Source: Longimicrobiales bacterium
GTDB lineage: Bacteria; Gemmatimonadota; Gemmatimonadetes; Longimicrobiales; Gaopeijiaceae
Direction: 5' to 3'
DNA: 64,000 nucleotides
NCBI GenBank assembly: GCA_965204735.1
Contig: OZ242008.1
Span: 832,001 to 896,000 of the forward strand
The notes under the pieces are model-generated. The model saw nothing but the letters and a program-made list of their open reading frames with translations, was not told the origin of the DNA and ran no database searches. This document shows, piece after piece, positions 1 through 10,067 of the stretch. Positions within the stretch are counted from its first letter, which is position 1, and every line of letters begins with the position of its first letter. The position numbers and the translations under genes were made by a program.

Positions 1-1586
1 GCGCGGTCCCCGGCCACTTGCACCTCTCGGACTTCGAGCACGGCGGGGCTACCGGCCGTCCCTTCACCTTCGTCGTGGGAATGGACTCGTCCCGGTTTCC
101 AGGCTCGGCGCTCGAAGACCCCCTCCTGCTGGACCAGGATCGGTGGCGGCTGGGCAAGGGCGTCCTTCCCCTGGCCAAGGAACGCTCCGCCGAAGCGCGC
201 TTCCTCTTCGCGGGCCTCTTTGCCCGGCTGCGGGGCGAAGTCGCGTTGAGCTGCTGCCGCTGGGATCCGGCGGAAGCCCGCGAGCTCGACCCGGCGCCCG
301 AGATGCTTCAGGCGCACCGGCTCAGGGAAGGGGACGGCTCCCTCGTCTTCCAGGACCTGGAAGTCGCGCTGGGTCTGTCCGAGTCCCGGCTGCCCCGACC
401 GGAAGTGCAGGGGGACGTGGACGCCTCCGACGTGTGGCTGCGGGCGCTGGCCATCGACGGCGGCAGGCTTCGGAACGGGCTGGCGGCGGTCGGCCGCAGC
501 CACCCTGGCCTTGCCCGCGGAATGGAAGTGGACAAGGCGCTGAGTCTCCCGGAAGCGTCGGTTCACGTGGGCATGCTGGGCGTCGGGACGGCGGCGAAAG
601 CGGGCGCGGATCGGCCGTCGTACGCGGACCCGTTCGCAATGACCTACTCGGCAAGCAAGCTGGAGAGCCTGGGCGCCTGTCCGCGACGCTTCCTCCTTCA
701 GCACGTCGTCCGAGCGAAGCCCCCGGACGACCCGGAGTTCGACCCGGGACGGTGGCTCGACGCCCGGGAGCGGGGCAGCCTTCTCCACTCCATCTTCGAG
801 GGCGCCCTCTCCCGCGCCCGGGCCGACGGGCTGGACCTGGACGACGACGCCTTCCTGGCGCTGGCGCTGGAACTGGTCGACAAGGAGGGACAGAAGGCCC
901 GCGCGAACATTCCTTCACCCAGCGAGGCGGTACGCAAGTGGGAGATTGAAGCCCTCCGCGACGACGCGCGATCGTTCGTCGAGATGATCCGCGACGACCG
1001 GCCCAGGTGGCTCGCGCTGGAGTGGCGCTTCGGCTTCGGCGACGAAGTGGTGGAGGCCGGCACCGCCGCCGAACCGATTCGCGTGGCGGGCGCCATCGAC
1101 CGGTTGGACGACCAGCCCGACGGCCTCCGGGTCGTGGACTACAAGACGGGGACGACGTGGAAGTACCGCGGCGAATCGGGCATCTACGACGGCGGACGCC
1201 GCCTTCAGCACGTGCTGTACTGCCAAGTGGCGTCGCAGCGGATGGGCAAGGCGGCGGACCGCATGGAGTTCCACTTCCCGACGCGACGGGGCGAGAACGC
1301 GGTCAAGGCCTACAAGCGGGACGACCTGCTGCGCGGAGGCGAGTTGATCGCCGCCCTGCTGGAGGGTGTGGCAAAGGGCTGGTTCCCCCCCACCGAGGAC
1401 GTCCGGGACTGCCGCTTCTGCGACTACCGGGACGTGTGCGACGTGCGCGAGGGTCGCCAGGGCGCGTCGTCGCGCTACGCTGCCTGGACCAAGCTGAACC
1501 TGGAGAAAGTCGAGGAGCTTTCGGCTCTGCGGCGTGCGCGCCGGGTGGACGAGGCCATGGCCGGAGGGGACCCCTTCGGTGCGTGA
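1..1586 (+). CDS. addB: AddB-like PD-(D/E)XK nuclease subunit (5' truncated by the window edge)
   Basis: SASKLE..ACPRRF, GSLLH, GAIDRLD, VVDYKTG, LQ..LY and C-terminal CRFCDYRDVC (Fe-S staple cysteines). Stop overlaps the start of the UvrD helicase-nuclease. Confidence 0.85.
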   Translation, partial: AVPGHLHLSDFEHGGATGRPFTFVVGMDSSRFPGSALEDPLLLDQDRWRLGKGVLPLAKERSAEARFLFAGLFARLRGEVALSCCRWDPAEARELDPAPEMLQAHRLREGDGSLVFQDLEVALGLSESRLPRPEVQGDVDASDVWLRALAIDGGRLRNGLAAVGRSHPGLARGMEVDKALSLPEASVHVGMLGVGTAAKAGADRPSYADPFAMTYSASKLESLGACPRRFLLQHVVRAKPPDDPEFDPGRWLDARERGSLLHSIFEGALSRARADGLDLDDDAFLALALELVDKEGQKARANIPSPSEAVRKWEIEALRDDARSFVEMIRDDRPRWLALEWRFGFGDEVVEAGTAAEPIRVAGAIDRLDDQPDGLRVVDYKTGTTWKYRGESGIYDGGRRLQHVLYCQVASQRMGKAADRMEFHFPTRRGENAVKAYKRDDLLRGGELIAALLEGVAKGWFPPTEDVRDCRFCDYRDVCDVREGRQGASSRYAAWTKLNLEKVEELSALRRARRVDEAMAGGDPFGA

Positions 1587-4500
1587 CCCGGCCAAGAAGG
1601 AGCCGCCGGACCAGTGGGCTCGCCACCGCATCACCGAGGTCCTGGACGCCAACTTCCTCGTAGAGGCCGGCGCCGGGTCGGGGAAGACGACGTCGCTGGT
1701 GGACCGCATGGTCGCGCTGGTGCGCCTGGGCGTGTGCAAGGTGGACGAGATCGCGGCGGTCACCTTCACCCGGAAGGCGGCGGCGGAGCTGCGGCAGCGC
1801 TTCCAGGTCGAGCTGGAGCAGGCGGGCCGACGGGTCCGCGACGAGTCCCAGCGGACGAATATCGAGGGCGCGCTGCAGAACCTGGACGGGGCGTTTCTGG
1901 GGACGATCCACTCCTTCTGCGCGAAGCTGCTGCGCGAGCGGCCCCTGGAGGCGGGGCTGGACCCGGACTTCCGGGAGCTCTCGGAGACCGAGGCGGTTCA
2001 CCTTCAGCGGACGTTCTGGCTCGACTACCTGGAGCGGCTGGGCGCCGACGGCGACCCGCAGCTGCGCGGGCTGGAGAAGCGGGGGCTCCGGCCCGAGCAG
2101 CTCGAAAAGCTGTACGAGAAGCTGGTGGCGAACCCCGACGTGGACTTCGGCGCAAAGGCCGAGCCGCCCCCCGACGAAGGGCGAGTCGCAGCGGTGCGGG
2201 CGGACCTGGACGCGCTCCTGGACCGGGCCGAAGAGCTGCTCCCCAGCCAGGAACCGGAGAAAGGGTGGGACCGATTCGCCAAGAAAGTGCGCACGCTGCT
2301 CTATCTGCGCCGGTCGTTCGGCTGGGACGACCGCGTCGCCTTCTTCGGCGCCTTGGCCAAGCTGTACGACTCCAAGGCCAGGCCGACGCATAATCGGTGG
2401 TCCTCCCACTCCCACGGAAGGTTTCAGGCCAAGCGGCTGGGGGAGGCGTTTCATGAGTTCGGCAAGCCGGAGGGTCCGGCCGGACGGCTGGTCCAGGATT
2501 GGTGGGCCTACCGATACCCCGTCGCCGTCGCCTTCGCCAAGGGCGCCGCCGACGCCTTTGCCCGGGAACGCAAGGAGCTGGGACTGCTGACCTTCCAGGA
2601 CGACCTGGTGCTGGCCGCCGAGCTTCTGCGCAGCAGCCCGGCCACCCGTCGCGACCTGGGACGCCGCTACCGCCGCCTGCTGGTGGACGAGTTCCAGGAC
2701 ACGGACCCGCTGCAGGCGGAGATCATCTTTCTGCTGGCCAGCGAACCGACGGGCGAGGACGACGACTGGACACGCGCTCGGCCCCGGCCCGGCGCGCTCT
2801 TCGTGGTCGGCGACCCGAAGCAGAGCATCTACCGCTTCCGGCGGGCCGACATCGCGCTGTACGAGTCCGTCAAGCGGCGGTTCGAGAAGTTCGGGGAGGT
2901 GCTGCGACTGGAGGCCAACTTCCGGTCGCTGACGTGCATCGAGAAGGTCGTGAAGGGCGTCTTCGACTCGGAACAAATGTTTCCGGCCAGCGACAAGCCC
3001 TCGCAGGCCGCCTTCGCGCCGCTGCTGGCCCAGCGGAGTCCGGCCGTCGGATGTGGTCCCGGCGTGCTTCGGTCGTACCCGATCGTCGGCAAGACACAGG
3101 ATCAAGCGGCGGAGGACGACGCCCGCTTCATCGCCGCCCACGTCGCCGAGCGGGTGGCGTCGGGCGAGCGCAAGCCCGGCGACTTCATGGTCCTGACCCG
3201 ACTCCGCAAGCACTTGGCTCTCTACGCTCGGATGCTGGAGGAGTGGAGCCTGCCCGTGCAGGTGTCGGGGGCGGGCGTGGATTTCGAAGACAAGCTGTCG
3301 GCGTTCCTCCTGCTCCTGAAGTGCATGGCGGACCCGGCGCACCAGGTGCGGGTGCTGGGCGCGCTCGTGGGGCCGTTCTTCGGGATCACGCTGGACGAGA
3401 TCGTGGCGTACCGAGAAGCGGGGGGTTGGCTGGAGGTGAACCGGCCGCCGCGTCTGCGGGACGGCGTTGCGGCAGGACCTGGGGGCGGCCCCGGCGACGC
3501 CCGCGCGGCCAACGTCGTCGAGGCGCTGGACAAGCTGCACGGCTGGTGGGAGCGAGCCCGTCGAGAGCCGGCGGACGTGACGGCGGAAAGGCTGGCGGCG
3601 GAGACCGGCCTCTTTCCGCTGGCTGCGGCAGGGTCGCTGGGACAGCTGCGCGCCGGGGCGCTGGTCTACCTGCTGGACGCCGTGCGCGCGAAGGCGCTGG
3701 AGGGCAACGCGTCGCTGGCGGGCGCCGTCGAGGCGATGGAGACGGCCCTGGAGTGGGACGACGCAATGGTCTCGCTGGTGCCGGGCCGAGGCAATGCGGT
3801 TCGCGTCATGAACCTGCACCAAGCCAAGGGGCTCGAGGAGAAGGTGGTCTTCCTGGGGTCGCCGTTCGGGGAGCACAATCGAACGCCGTCGATGCGAGTG
3901 GAGCGTGGCGACGACGGAGTGGCCCGGGGTGCCATGCCTGTCGTCGAGAGGCGGGGGCCGCACAAAGTGGAGGTGATCGCCAAGCCGCGGACGTGGAAAG
4001 AGGACGAGAAGGCCGAAGTGGCGTTCGAGTTGGCGGAGAGGGTGCGGCTGCTCTACGTGGCCGCGACCCGGGCCAAGGACGAGCTCTGGGTGGCCAGGTG
4101 GGAGAAGCGGCCGAAGTGGGGAGGGAAGTCGCCGTGGGCCCGCGTCGAGAGGTGGATCGGCGAAGAGGCGGCCCGGGAGGCTGGCGCTGCGGGTGACGGC
4201 GGTCCGGGAGCAGTTCCCGTCGCCGATCTTGTTGCGGATGCCGTGTTCGGCGTCGGCGGTCCCGACGGCCTGGACGACGGACGCGCCGGCGCCGTCGGCG
4301 ACGCCCGAGCCGTTGCCGCCCGCCAGGGAATGATCGCCCGGCAAGAAGTGCCGCAATCGGAGGAGCTGGACCCGGCGACGGACCTGACGGCGCGAGTGGC
4401 TGCGGCGGAGGCTGCGGTGAAAGACGCCGGTACGCCCACGTATGGGCTGGAGACGGTGACGAACCGCGCCAGAGCGGAAGATCTCGGCGACAGCGATCTT

Positions 4501-5262
4501 GCTGACAGCGATTTTGCTGACAACCAGTTTGTTGCCAACAGGGTGGATGCTGGGGGGGCGGCTGCCGACGAGGCGGGTGCTGCTTCGGCGTCCGTTGTCG
4601 GTTCCCAGAGGTTCGCCGTGACCGAGGCGCGTCCCTTGTCGGGCGGAGCCGAGTGGGGGACGATCGTTCACGCGATGCTTGCGGCTGTCGAGGAAGGCGA
4701 AGAGGGGGACGTGCTGGCGGCCAGGGCTCGCAACCTGCTGATCAAGCACGGTCGCACCCTGGACGTTGCCGGAAACCCAAAGGAACTCGACGCGCTGTTG
4801 GCGCTTGTGGGCGACATGTCGCGTTCGGAAGTATGGGCCAGGGCAATGGCCAGCCGGGAGCGTCGCACCGAGGTGCCGTTCGCGGTGGCGCCGCGCGGGG
4901 AGTCCGGCCTTGGCTCCGCCGATCAGCCCGCGGTCGCCGATCAGCCCGCGGTCGCCGAACGGCCCGCAGTCGCCGATCAGCCCGCGGTCGCCAGTCAGCC
5001 CGCGGTCGCCGACCAGCCCGCGGTGGCCAGTCAGCCCGCGGTCCTGGAGGGCGTGATCGACCTGGTCTTCCGCGAAGCCGACGGCTGGGTGGTGGCCGAC
5101 TACAAGACCGACACGGGCACAGATCCCAAGTTCCCCGCCCGCGTCCCGGAGTATCGGCGGCAGGTCGACATCTACGCCGACTGTTGGGAGCGAATCACCG
5201 GCGAGAGGGTCAAGGAGCGACTCCTGGTGTTCACGGCCCAGGGGCGCGTCGAGTCCTGGTGA
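1579..5262 (+). CDS. addA: AddA-like UvrD/SF1 helicase-nuclease
   Basis: AGAGSGKT, TFTRKAA, TIHSFC, VDEFQDT, VGDPKQSIYRFR, HQAKGLE, LLYVAATRA, then C-terminal EGVIDL..VADYKTD. GTG start at 1579 follows GGAGGGG. Confidence 0.92.
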   Translation: MRDPAKKEPPDQWARHRITEVLDANFLVEAGAGSGKTTSLVDRMVALVRLGVCKVDEIAAVTFTRKAAAELRQRFQVELEQAGRRVRDESQRTNIEGALQNLDGAFLGTIHSFCAKLLRERPLEAGLDPDFRELSETEAVHLQRTFWLDYLERLGADGDPQLRGLEKRGLRPEQLEKLYEKLVANPDVDFGAKAEPPPDEGRVAAVRADLDALLDRAEELLPSQEPEKGWDRFAKKVRTLLYLRRSFGWDDRVAFFGALAKLYDSKARPTHNRWSSHSHGRFQAKRLGEAFHEFGKPEGPAGRLVQDWWAYRYPVAVAFAKGAADAFARERKELGLLTFQDDLVLAAELLRSSPATRRDLGRRYRRLLVDEFQDTDPLQAEIIFLLASEPTGEDDDWTRARPRPGALFVVGDPKQSIYRFRRADIALYESVKRRFEKFGEVLRLEANFRSLTCIEKVVKGVFDSEQMFPASDKPSQAAFAPLLAQRSPAVGCGPGVLRSYPIVGKTQDQAAEDDARFIAAHVAERVASGERKPGDFMVLTRLRKHLALYARMLEEWSLPVQVSGAGVDFEDKLSAFLLLLKCMADPAHQVRVLGALVGPFFGITLDEIVAYREAGGWLEVNRPPRLRDGVAAGPGGGPGDARAANVVEALDKLHGWWERARREPADVTAERLAAETGLFPLAAAGSLGQLRAGALVYLLDAVRAKALEGNASLAGAVEAMETALEWDDAMVSLVPGRGNAVRVMNLHQAKGLEEKVVFLGSPFGEHNRTPSMRVERGDDGVARGAMPVVERRGPHKVEVIAKPRTWKEDEKAEVAFELAERVRLLYVAATRAKDELWVARWEKRPKWGGKSPWARVERWIGEEAAREAGAAGDGGPGAVPVADLVADAVFGVGGPDGLDDGRAGAVGDARAVAARQGMIARQEVPQSEELDPATDLTARVAAAEAAVKDAGTPTYGLETVTNRARAEDLGDSDLADSDFADNQFVANRVDAGGAAADEAGAASASVVGSQRFAVTEARPLSGGAEWGTIVHAMLAAVEEGEEGDVLAARARNLLIKHGRTLDVAGNPKELDALLALVGDMSRSEVWARAMASRERRTEVPFAVAPRGESGLGSADQPAVADQPAVAERPAVADQPAVASQPAVADQPAVASQPAVLEGVIDLVFREADGWVVADYKTDTGTDPKFPARVPEYRRQVDIYADCWERITGERVKERLLVFTAQGRVESW
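4480..4539 (+). repeat. degenerate 15-bp x4 in-frame tandem repeat in the addA linker (DLGDS-DLADS-DFADN-QFVAN)
   Basis: gatctcggcgacagc/gatcttgctgacagc/gattttgctgacaac/cagtttgttgccaac. Confidence 0.65.
4918..5043 (+). repeat. 18-bp x7 in-frame tandem repeat (ADQPAV) inside the AddA nuclease domain
   Basis: Seven copies of consensus gccgatcagcccgcggtc, located between EVPF and EGVID. Confidence 0.95.
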
Positions 5263-5265
5263 CGG

Positions 5266-5850
5266 TCAGCCCCTTGCCAAGGCGCTGACACGTTCGACGA
5301 AGTACCGAGCCGTCGGACACTGAGGATGTTTCGCAGCCTGCACGACATCGAATCCATGTTCAGTGATCAAGCGCTTCGCAAACAGCACCTTGCTTCGTCC
5401 GCGCCTGACGGGACCAACCTCCTTCATGCGATCCCATGGCATATTGGGTGTGGCCTCCGGATGCGTTTCACAGTACGACTCGTCGTTGGTCCAGCTGCGC
5501 ATCGCCCTGGTATCTGCCAGAAACCACGATTCGATTGCCTTGCGAGCAATTACGACGAGGTCGATCGCCTCGGAATCAACTCGATTCTTGCGTTCCGTGA
5601 TGCACGGCACGGTCTCGCTGGGATCAAGGTCGGCCAGCACTACGAGTCGATCCAGATTGGCGCTTCGCTTCCTCAGCAAACTGGCCAACCCCATTCCACT
5701 TGTCGTTCCCTTCTCCAACTGCCGGTGTCCGCCAGCCACTACAACAGGGTCCACCAGCTTCAGTTCCTGCTTATCAAGCCAACGCCGAAAGGTCTCGCTT
5801 TCAACAAGCACCTTCTCCGAGTGCCCTTCGACTACGAAGCCTACTCTCAC
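5266..5850 (-). CDS. TOPRIM-like/DUF4276-like putative nuclease partner of the ATPase
   Basis: VGFVVEGHSEK, LADLD, IESWFLAD. GTG start overlaps the ATPase TGA. Confidence 0.7.
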   Translation of the reverse strand: MRVGFVVEGHSEKVLVESETFRRWLDKQELKLVDPVVVAGGHRQLEKGTTSGMGLASLLRKRSANLDRLVVLADLDPSETVPCITERKNRVDSEAIDLVVIARKAIESWFLADTRAMRSWTNDESYCETHPEATPNMPWDRMKEVGPVRRGRSKVLFAKRLITEHGFDVVQAAKHPQCPTARYFVERVSALARG

Positions 5851-6983
5851 CACGGCACGCCGCCATCCAGCAAGTTGGACAGCCAAGCGGCCTCCAGTCC
5901 CATGACCTGGAGGTCTGCTTGCTCGAGGTTGCCCGAGCTGGCCCGCTTCATGCGAGTTCGGCCAGCCTTCTTGTCCACTACGACCAACTCTTCGAGCCGC
6001 AGCTTTCGCACGATGGATTCGCTGTGGGTAGTGAGCCAGATCGGGTTTTCTGGGCGGGCCGAGTCTCGCAGGAATTCGACGAATTCGGCAATTGCCGCCG
6101 GATGCAGTCCGCGCTCGGGCTCTTCGATCAACGTCACGCCGGGACGGTCGCGTCCGTCCAGGACCGCTACCAGAAGGCTGAGCGCGTAGATCGTTCCGTC
6201 CGACATCAGACCTGCGGGAAACCTCCTCTTCGTGCCGCGTTCCTTGAACAAGACCGCGGTGCGTTGGTCGAGCCGCTGGCGCGTGGTTTGGATTGCGTCG
6301 ACCCCTGGAACCACCATTGCCATCCATTCGCGTATGAGTGCTTGGGCCTCCGGGTCCCCTTCGAGTCGTCCCAGTACGGCTGCCAAGTTGTTTCCCCTGC
6401 CGTTGAGCTTCGACGGGTCTGCATCGGAAGGATCCGGTTCTTTGGCCGACCTTGGGTCTACGCGGTAGATCGTGATGTTTGTAAGCAGATCTGTCAATGG
6501 ATGATTGGGACGGAACAACAGGGCGGACATCGCGGGCGGGATGTCCAGCTTCATCCCGGGTTGGAGTCCGATCCGCGCCGGTTGTCCTGGCACACGTCCG
6601 AGCACGGAGGAGCCGGCCGCAAAAAGGTTTTCTTCGATCTCGGGCGCAGTCGCTAACTCGCGGATCTGCAGGTCGTAGCTGGATGCATCGGCCGGGTTGC
6701 TTGCCACCTCGTCAAGGAGCTTGATTCCGAATGCGAAGTGCTGATTGCGCGGCGCATACAGCTTCGCCGAACGGATGTTGTCGGCGCCGCCGTGAGCTCG
6801 CAGCGCATCCTCGACGCCGTGGCGACAGACTCTGCCCACGAAGTCGAGGGCGTCGAAGAAGTTGCTCTTGCCGGAGCCGTTCGGCCCTGCGAAGACGGAG
6901 AAGGGTCGCAGACCGTCGATCCTCAGGGAGGCGATGCTCTTGTAGTTGGAGATCGTCAGGTCGAAGTGCAAGCGGTCGGCCAT
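5847..6983 (-). CDS. ABC-class (AAA_21/OLD-like) ATPase
   Basis: ISNYKSI, Walker A GPNGSGKS, signature MSDG, Walker B LIEEPE, H-loop TTHS. Confidence 0.9.
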   Translation of the reverse strand: MADRLHFDLTISNYKSIASLRIDGLRPFSVFAGPNGSGKSNFFDALDFVGRVCRHGVEDALRAHGGADNIRSAKLYAPRNQHFAFGIKLLDEVASNPADASSYDLQIRELATAPEIEENLFAAGSSVLGRVPGQPARIGLQPGMKLDIPPAMSALLFRPNHPLTDLLTNITIYRVDPRSAKEPDPSDADPSKLNGRGNNLAAVLGRLEGDPEAQALIREWMAMVVPGVDAIQTTRQRLDQRTAVLFKERGTKRRFPAGLMSDGTIYALSLLVAVLDGRDRPGVTLIEEPERGLHPAAIAEFVEFLRDSARPENPIWLTTHSESIVRKLRLEELVVVDKKAGRTRMKRASSGNLEQADLQVMGLEAAWLSNLLDGGVPW

Positions 6984-7009
6984 GGTTGTATGCTCGTCGG
7001 CGCCGGAAG

Positions 7010-9097
7010 CTACTGGAGCCGGCGGAACCAGACTCCCTTGGTCCGGCCGTTGGATGCGAGGAATCCGGTGACTCGGCCGTTGCCGACTCGCTGGAACGCG
7101 ATCGTGGCCAAGAACGTGAACTCCGTCGAGAACTCGTCGTCCCGCCGATGGGCGAGCGGCATCGGCGACCTGTCCAAGTGGTGCATGACGAGGCCGTCGC
7201 TCGCAAGCCTTACTTCGTAGAAGGTCTCCAGCTCTTCGGAATAGTAGCGGCCGACGTAGGCGTCCATCTCCTCGGCCGTCATGGCCTTCCTCTCGGAGCG
7301 GCGCATCTCCATTTCGGCGCCTTGCCGGAACGTCGCGGAGGTGGTCGTGCCGTCGGGCTCGAAGTGGAAGACGAAGGACGCTTGGGCGGCAGGGATGGCG
7401 GCCGTCGAGTCCGACGACGTCTGCACGGGCGTGCGGGGCTGCCCGGCGGCCTGGAAGAAGAGCTGGCCGCCCTCCGTGGTGATCTCCACGTCGAGCGACA
7501 TGCCCTGGACGTCGAGCACCCAGCGCCCGGCCACGGCCTCCATCCGCTCCTGCGACATGCTGCCGTCGCCTTCGGCCGCGACGGCCTCGTCCTCGTCGTC
7601 CTCAAGGTCGTCGGCGAAGAACAGGCGAGCGATCCGCGCGCCCATCCCCAAGTCGAACGACGCGTGGTTGCTCATCACGACGACGCCGTCGTCGAGTTCG
7701 GGGAAGTAGCCCAAGTAGGCGCGGTGGGCCACGTCGCCGCCGGTGTGGGCGTACAGCGCGCGACCCCCCAGCCGGCCGACGCCGAGCCCCAGGCCGTAGC
7801 CGGTGGAGTCTCCGCTCTCCAGGACGGCGGGCGTGGCCATGGCGCGAACGGCCTCTTCGCCGCCCAAGGTCGCGTCCCGGTAGTTGCGCATCCAGCGAAT
7901 CAGGTCGTGGACCGTGGTGTAGATGCCGCCGGCGCCGGCGGACGACGCCAAGTCGCGCGTCGTGCGGAAGCGGCTGCTCTTGTCCGAGACGTAGCCTTGG
8001 GCGCTTCCCGGGATCAGCTCCCCCTGCACCATCTTCACCCGAGTGTCGTTCATGCCCAGCGGCTCGAAGACCCGCTCCCTCATGTACTCGGCAAAGGACT
8101 GGCCGGAGACGCGCTCCACGACCAGGGACAGGAGGATGAACCCGGTGTTGTTGTAGTTCCACTCCGTGTTGGGATGCGCTTGCAGGTCGGGTTGGCGCTG
8201 GACGACTTGGATCGCCTTCTCGCGGACGAAGGCGTCTTCGCCGTTGTAGCCGGCGAGGGGCAGCAGGTTGTATATCTCCCGGTACCCGCTCGTGTGGTTC
8301 AGGAAGTGACGAAGGGTGACGGGCGTGCTGAAGTCTGGGAGCTCGGGGACGTGCTCGCGGATGTCGTCGTCGATGGAGAGCTTGCCGTCGGCTTGCAGCA
8401 GGAGGAGGCCCATGGCGGTGAACTGCTTGGTCACGGAGCCGATGTTGGAGATCGTGCCGTGCTCCCAGGGAACGCCGTGGGTCAGGTTCGCCATGCCGAA
8501 GGTGCGCACGAACGCCGGTTCCCCGTCCCGCACGACCGCGACGATCCCGCCGGGCCGGTCGCGGCCGTCGTACGGGCGGACCATCTGGCCGACGCGAGCC
8601 TCCGGATCGGCAGCCACGGGCTCGGCCACCAGCACCGCAATCTCGTAGGGGCCGCCTTCGCCCGCGGCCTCGTCGCCCGGTTCGCCTGGTTCGTCCCCCT
8701 CCCCGTCCGCCTCGGCGGCGTCTTCCACGTAGGCCGACACCTCGATGGTGTACGTCCCGGCGGCTTCGGTCTCGAAGACGAAGGGATCGGCGCCGGTGGC
8801 TTGCGAGTCGAAGCGGCCCAGCGCTCCGCCGTTCGGGTCCAAGACGGTGACCACCACGTCCAGCGCGGCTTGGTCGGTCTCGCCGTACACGAAGGTCTCC
8901 TCGCCCAGCTCCATCGTGTAGACGTGGCTGGCGCCGGGGGAGAGGGTGGCCGCGACGGGAGCGCCGGGGACGATGGGACGGGAGTCCTGGGCGGAAGCCG
9001 AAGGGAGCGCCGCGGCCCAAGCGACGGTGGCGGCGAAGGCAACCAGTGGGCCGGAGAAGGCTGGGGCTGCCGTCGAGCGGTTTCGATTATCGCGCAT
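7010..9097 (-). CDS. exported serine hydrolase (beta-lactamase class C-like) with N-terminal PPC-like domain
   Basis: Signal peptide; SVTK (SxxK), YNN, HTG motifs. Confidence 0.85.
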   Translation of the reverse strand: MRDNRNRSTAAPAFSGPLVAFAATVAWAAALPSASAQDSRPIVPGAPVAATLSPGASHVYTMELGEETFVYGETDQAALDVVVTVLDPNGGALGRFDSQATGADPFVFETEAAGTYTIEVSAYVEDAAEADGEGDEPGEPGDEAAGEGGPYEIAVLVAEPVAADPEARVGQMVRPYDGRDRPGGIVAVVRDGEPAFVRTFGMANLTHGVPWEHGTISNIGSVTKQFTAMGLLLLQADGKLSIDDDIREHVPELPDFSTPVTLRHFLNHTSGYREIYNLLPLAGYNGEDAFVREKAIQVVQRQPDLQAHPNTEWNYNNTGFILLSLVVERVSGQSFAEYMRERVFEPLGMNDTRVKMVQGELIPGSAQGYVSDKSSRFRTTRDLASSAGAGGIYTTVHDLIRWMRNYRDATLGGEEAVRAMATPAVLESGDSTGYGLGLGVGRLGGRALYAHTGGDVAHRAYLGYFPELDDGVVVMSNHASFDLGMGARIARLFFADDLEDDEDEAVAAEGDGSMSQERMEAVAGRWVLDVQGMSLDVEITTEGGQLFFQAAGQPRTPVQTSSDSTAAIPAAQASFVFHFEPDGTTTSATFRQGAEMEMRRSERKAMTAEEMDAYVGRYYSEELETFYEVRLASDGLVMHHLDRSPMPLAHRRDDEFSTEFTFLATIAFQRVGNGRVTGFLASNGRTKGVWFRRLQ

Positions 9098-9217
9098 GGT
9101 TGGGTCTACGCTTGTTGGAGTGACGGTGGCGGCCGAATGCGAGTTGCGGCGGAAAACGCTGTCACGGTGTCGTCAGCTTGCTGATTTTGTCCTGGACCAG
9201 CCAAGGACTTCTAGCCC

Positions 9218-9889
9218 TCACCCGCCGCTCGCCCTCTCCCAGCGCAGGACGGTGATCGCATCTGCTTCGCCGCAGGGGCTGGACTCGGCGATGGGGCCTT
9301 CCACCACTACCTGGTCGCCGGGCTCGAGGTCTGCGACTTCGTCGCCCGACAGCGCATACACGTACTCGTCGTTGTCGCGGAGGGTGACGCACTCCAGCCC
9401 CTCGTCGACGATCTGGCCGGTTCGCTGGACCAGGCCGTCCTCGGTGGTGACGTGGAACGGGTCCGAGTAGGCGATCGGGCTGAACACACCGTTGAAGATG
9501 ATCACGACGAGGGGGCGGTTCCACGTCGCGTACTCGGGTATGCTGACGGTGGCGGAGACTTCGCCCCACATCTCCTGCCTGCCCTCGGCCCGGGCCTCGA
9601 AGCCGGAGCGCATGGCCCCGACGCCGACCCATATCTTGGCCTGCGGCGGAAGGTTCTCGGTGTAGACCTCCACCTCGGTTCCAGGCGGGCCGATGCGGGG
9701 CACGACGGACTGGACGTGACGGGGAGCGTCGAGGGTGGCGTAGCGCCGCTCGTGCTGGGCGTGGGCGTCGCCGGCTCCGACGGTCGAGAGGATCGGGACG
9801 GAAGCGGCGAGCGCCGCCAGCAGGCTCGTCCGGGCCAGGGCGACGTTGGGACGAACGAAGGCGGGACCCGGGCGGTGGCAAACGGACAC
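9218..9889 (-). CDS. exported hypothetical protein with C-terminal DUF5818-like OB-fold domain
   Basis: GGAGG upstream of GTG at 9889; signal-like N-terminus; EGLECVTL..YAL..GDQVVVEG..SPC. Confidence 0.55.
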   Translation of the reverse strand: MSVCHRPGPAFVRPNVALARTSLLAALAASVPILSTVGAGDAHAQHERRYATLDAPRHVQSVVPRIGPPGTEVEVYTENLPPQAKIWVGVGAMRSGFEARAEGRQEMWGEVSATVSIPEYATWNRPLVVIIFNGVFSPIAYSDPFHVTTEDGLVQRTGQIVDEGLECVTLRDNDEYVYALSGDEVADLEPGDQVVVEGPIAESSPCGEADAITVLRWERASGG

Positions 9890-10067
9890 GGCGGCTCCTC
9901 CGGCTGAATTACGGCTGCGGCAAGTTGGCCGCACGGTTGTCCTTTCGGCAAGACCCGCGTTACGTCGGTCATGCCGACGGTGCCGGTGGCCGGAGTCCCG
10001 CGGGCATGCAGCGCCAGCATGATCGTCCACGCCGCGACGCTTCAACTCCGGCAGTCCTGGCTGTCGC

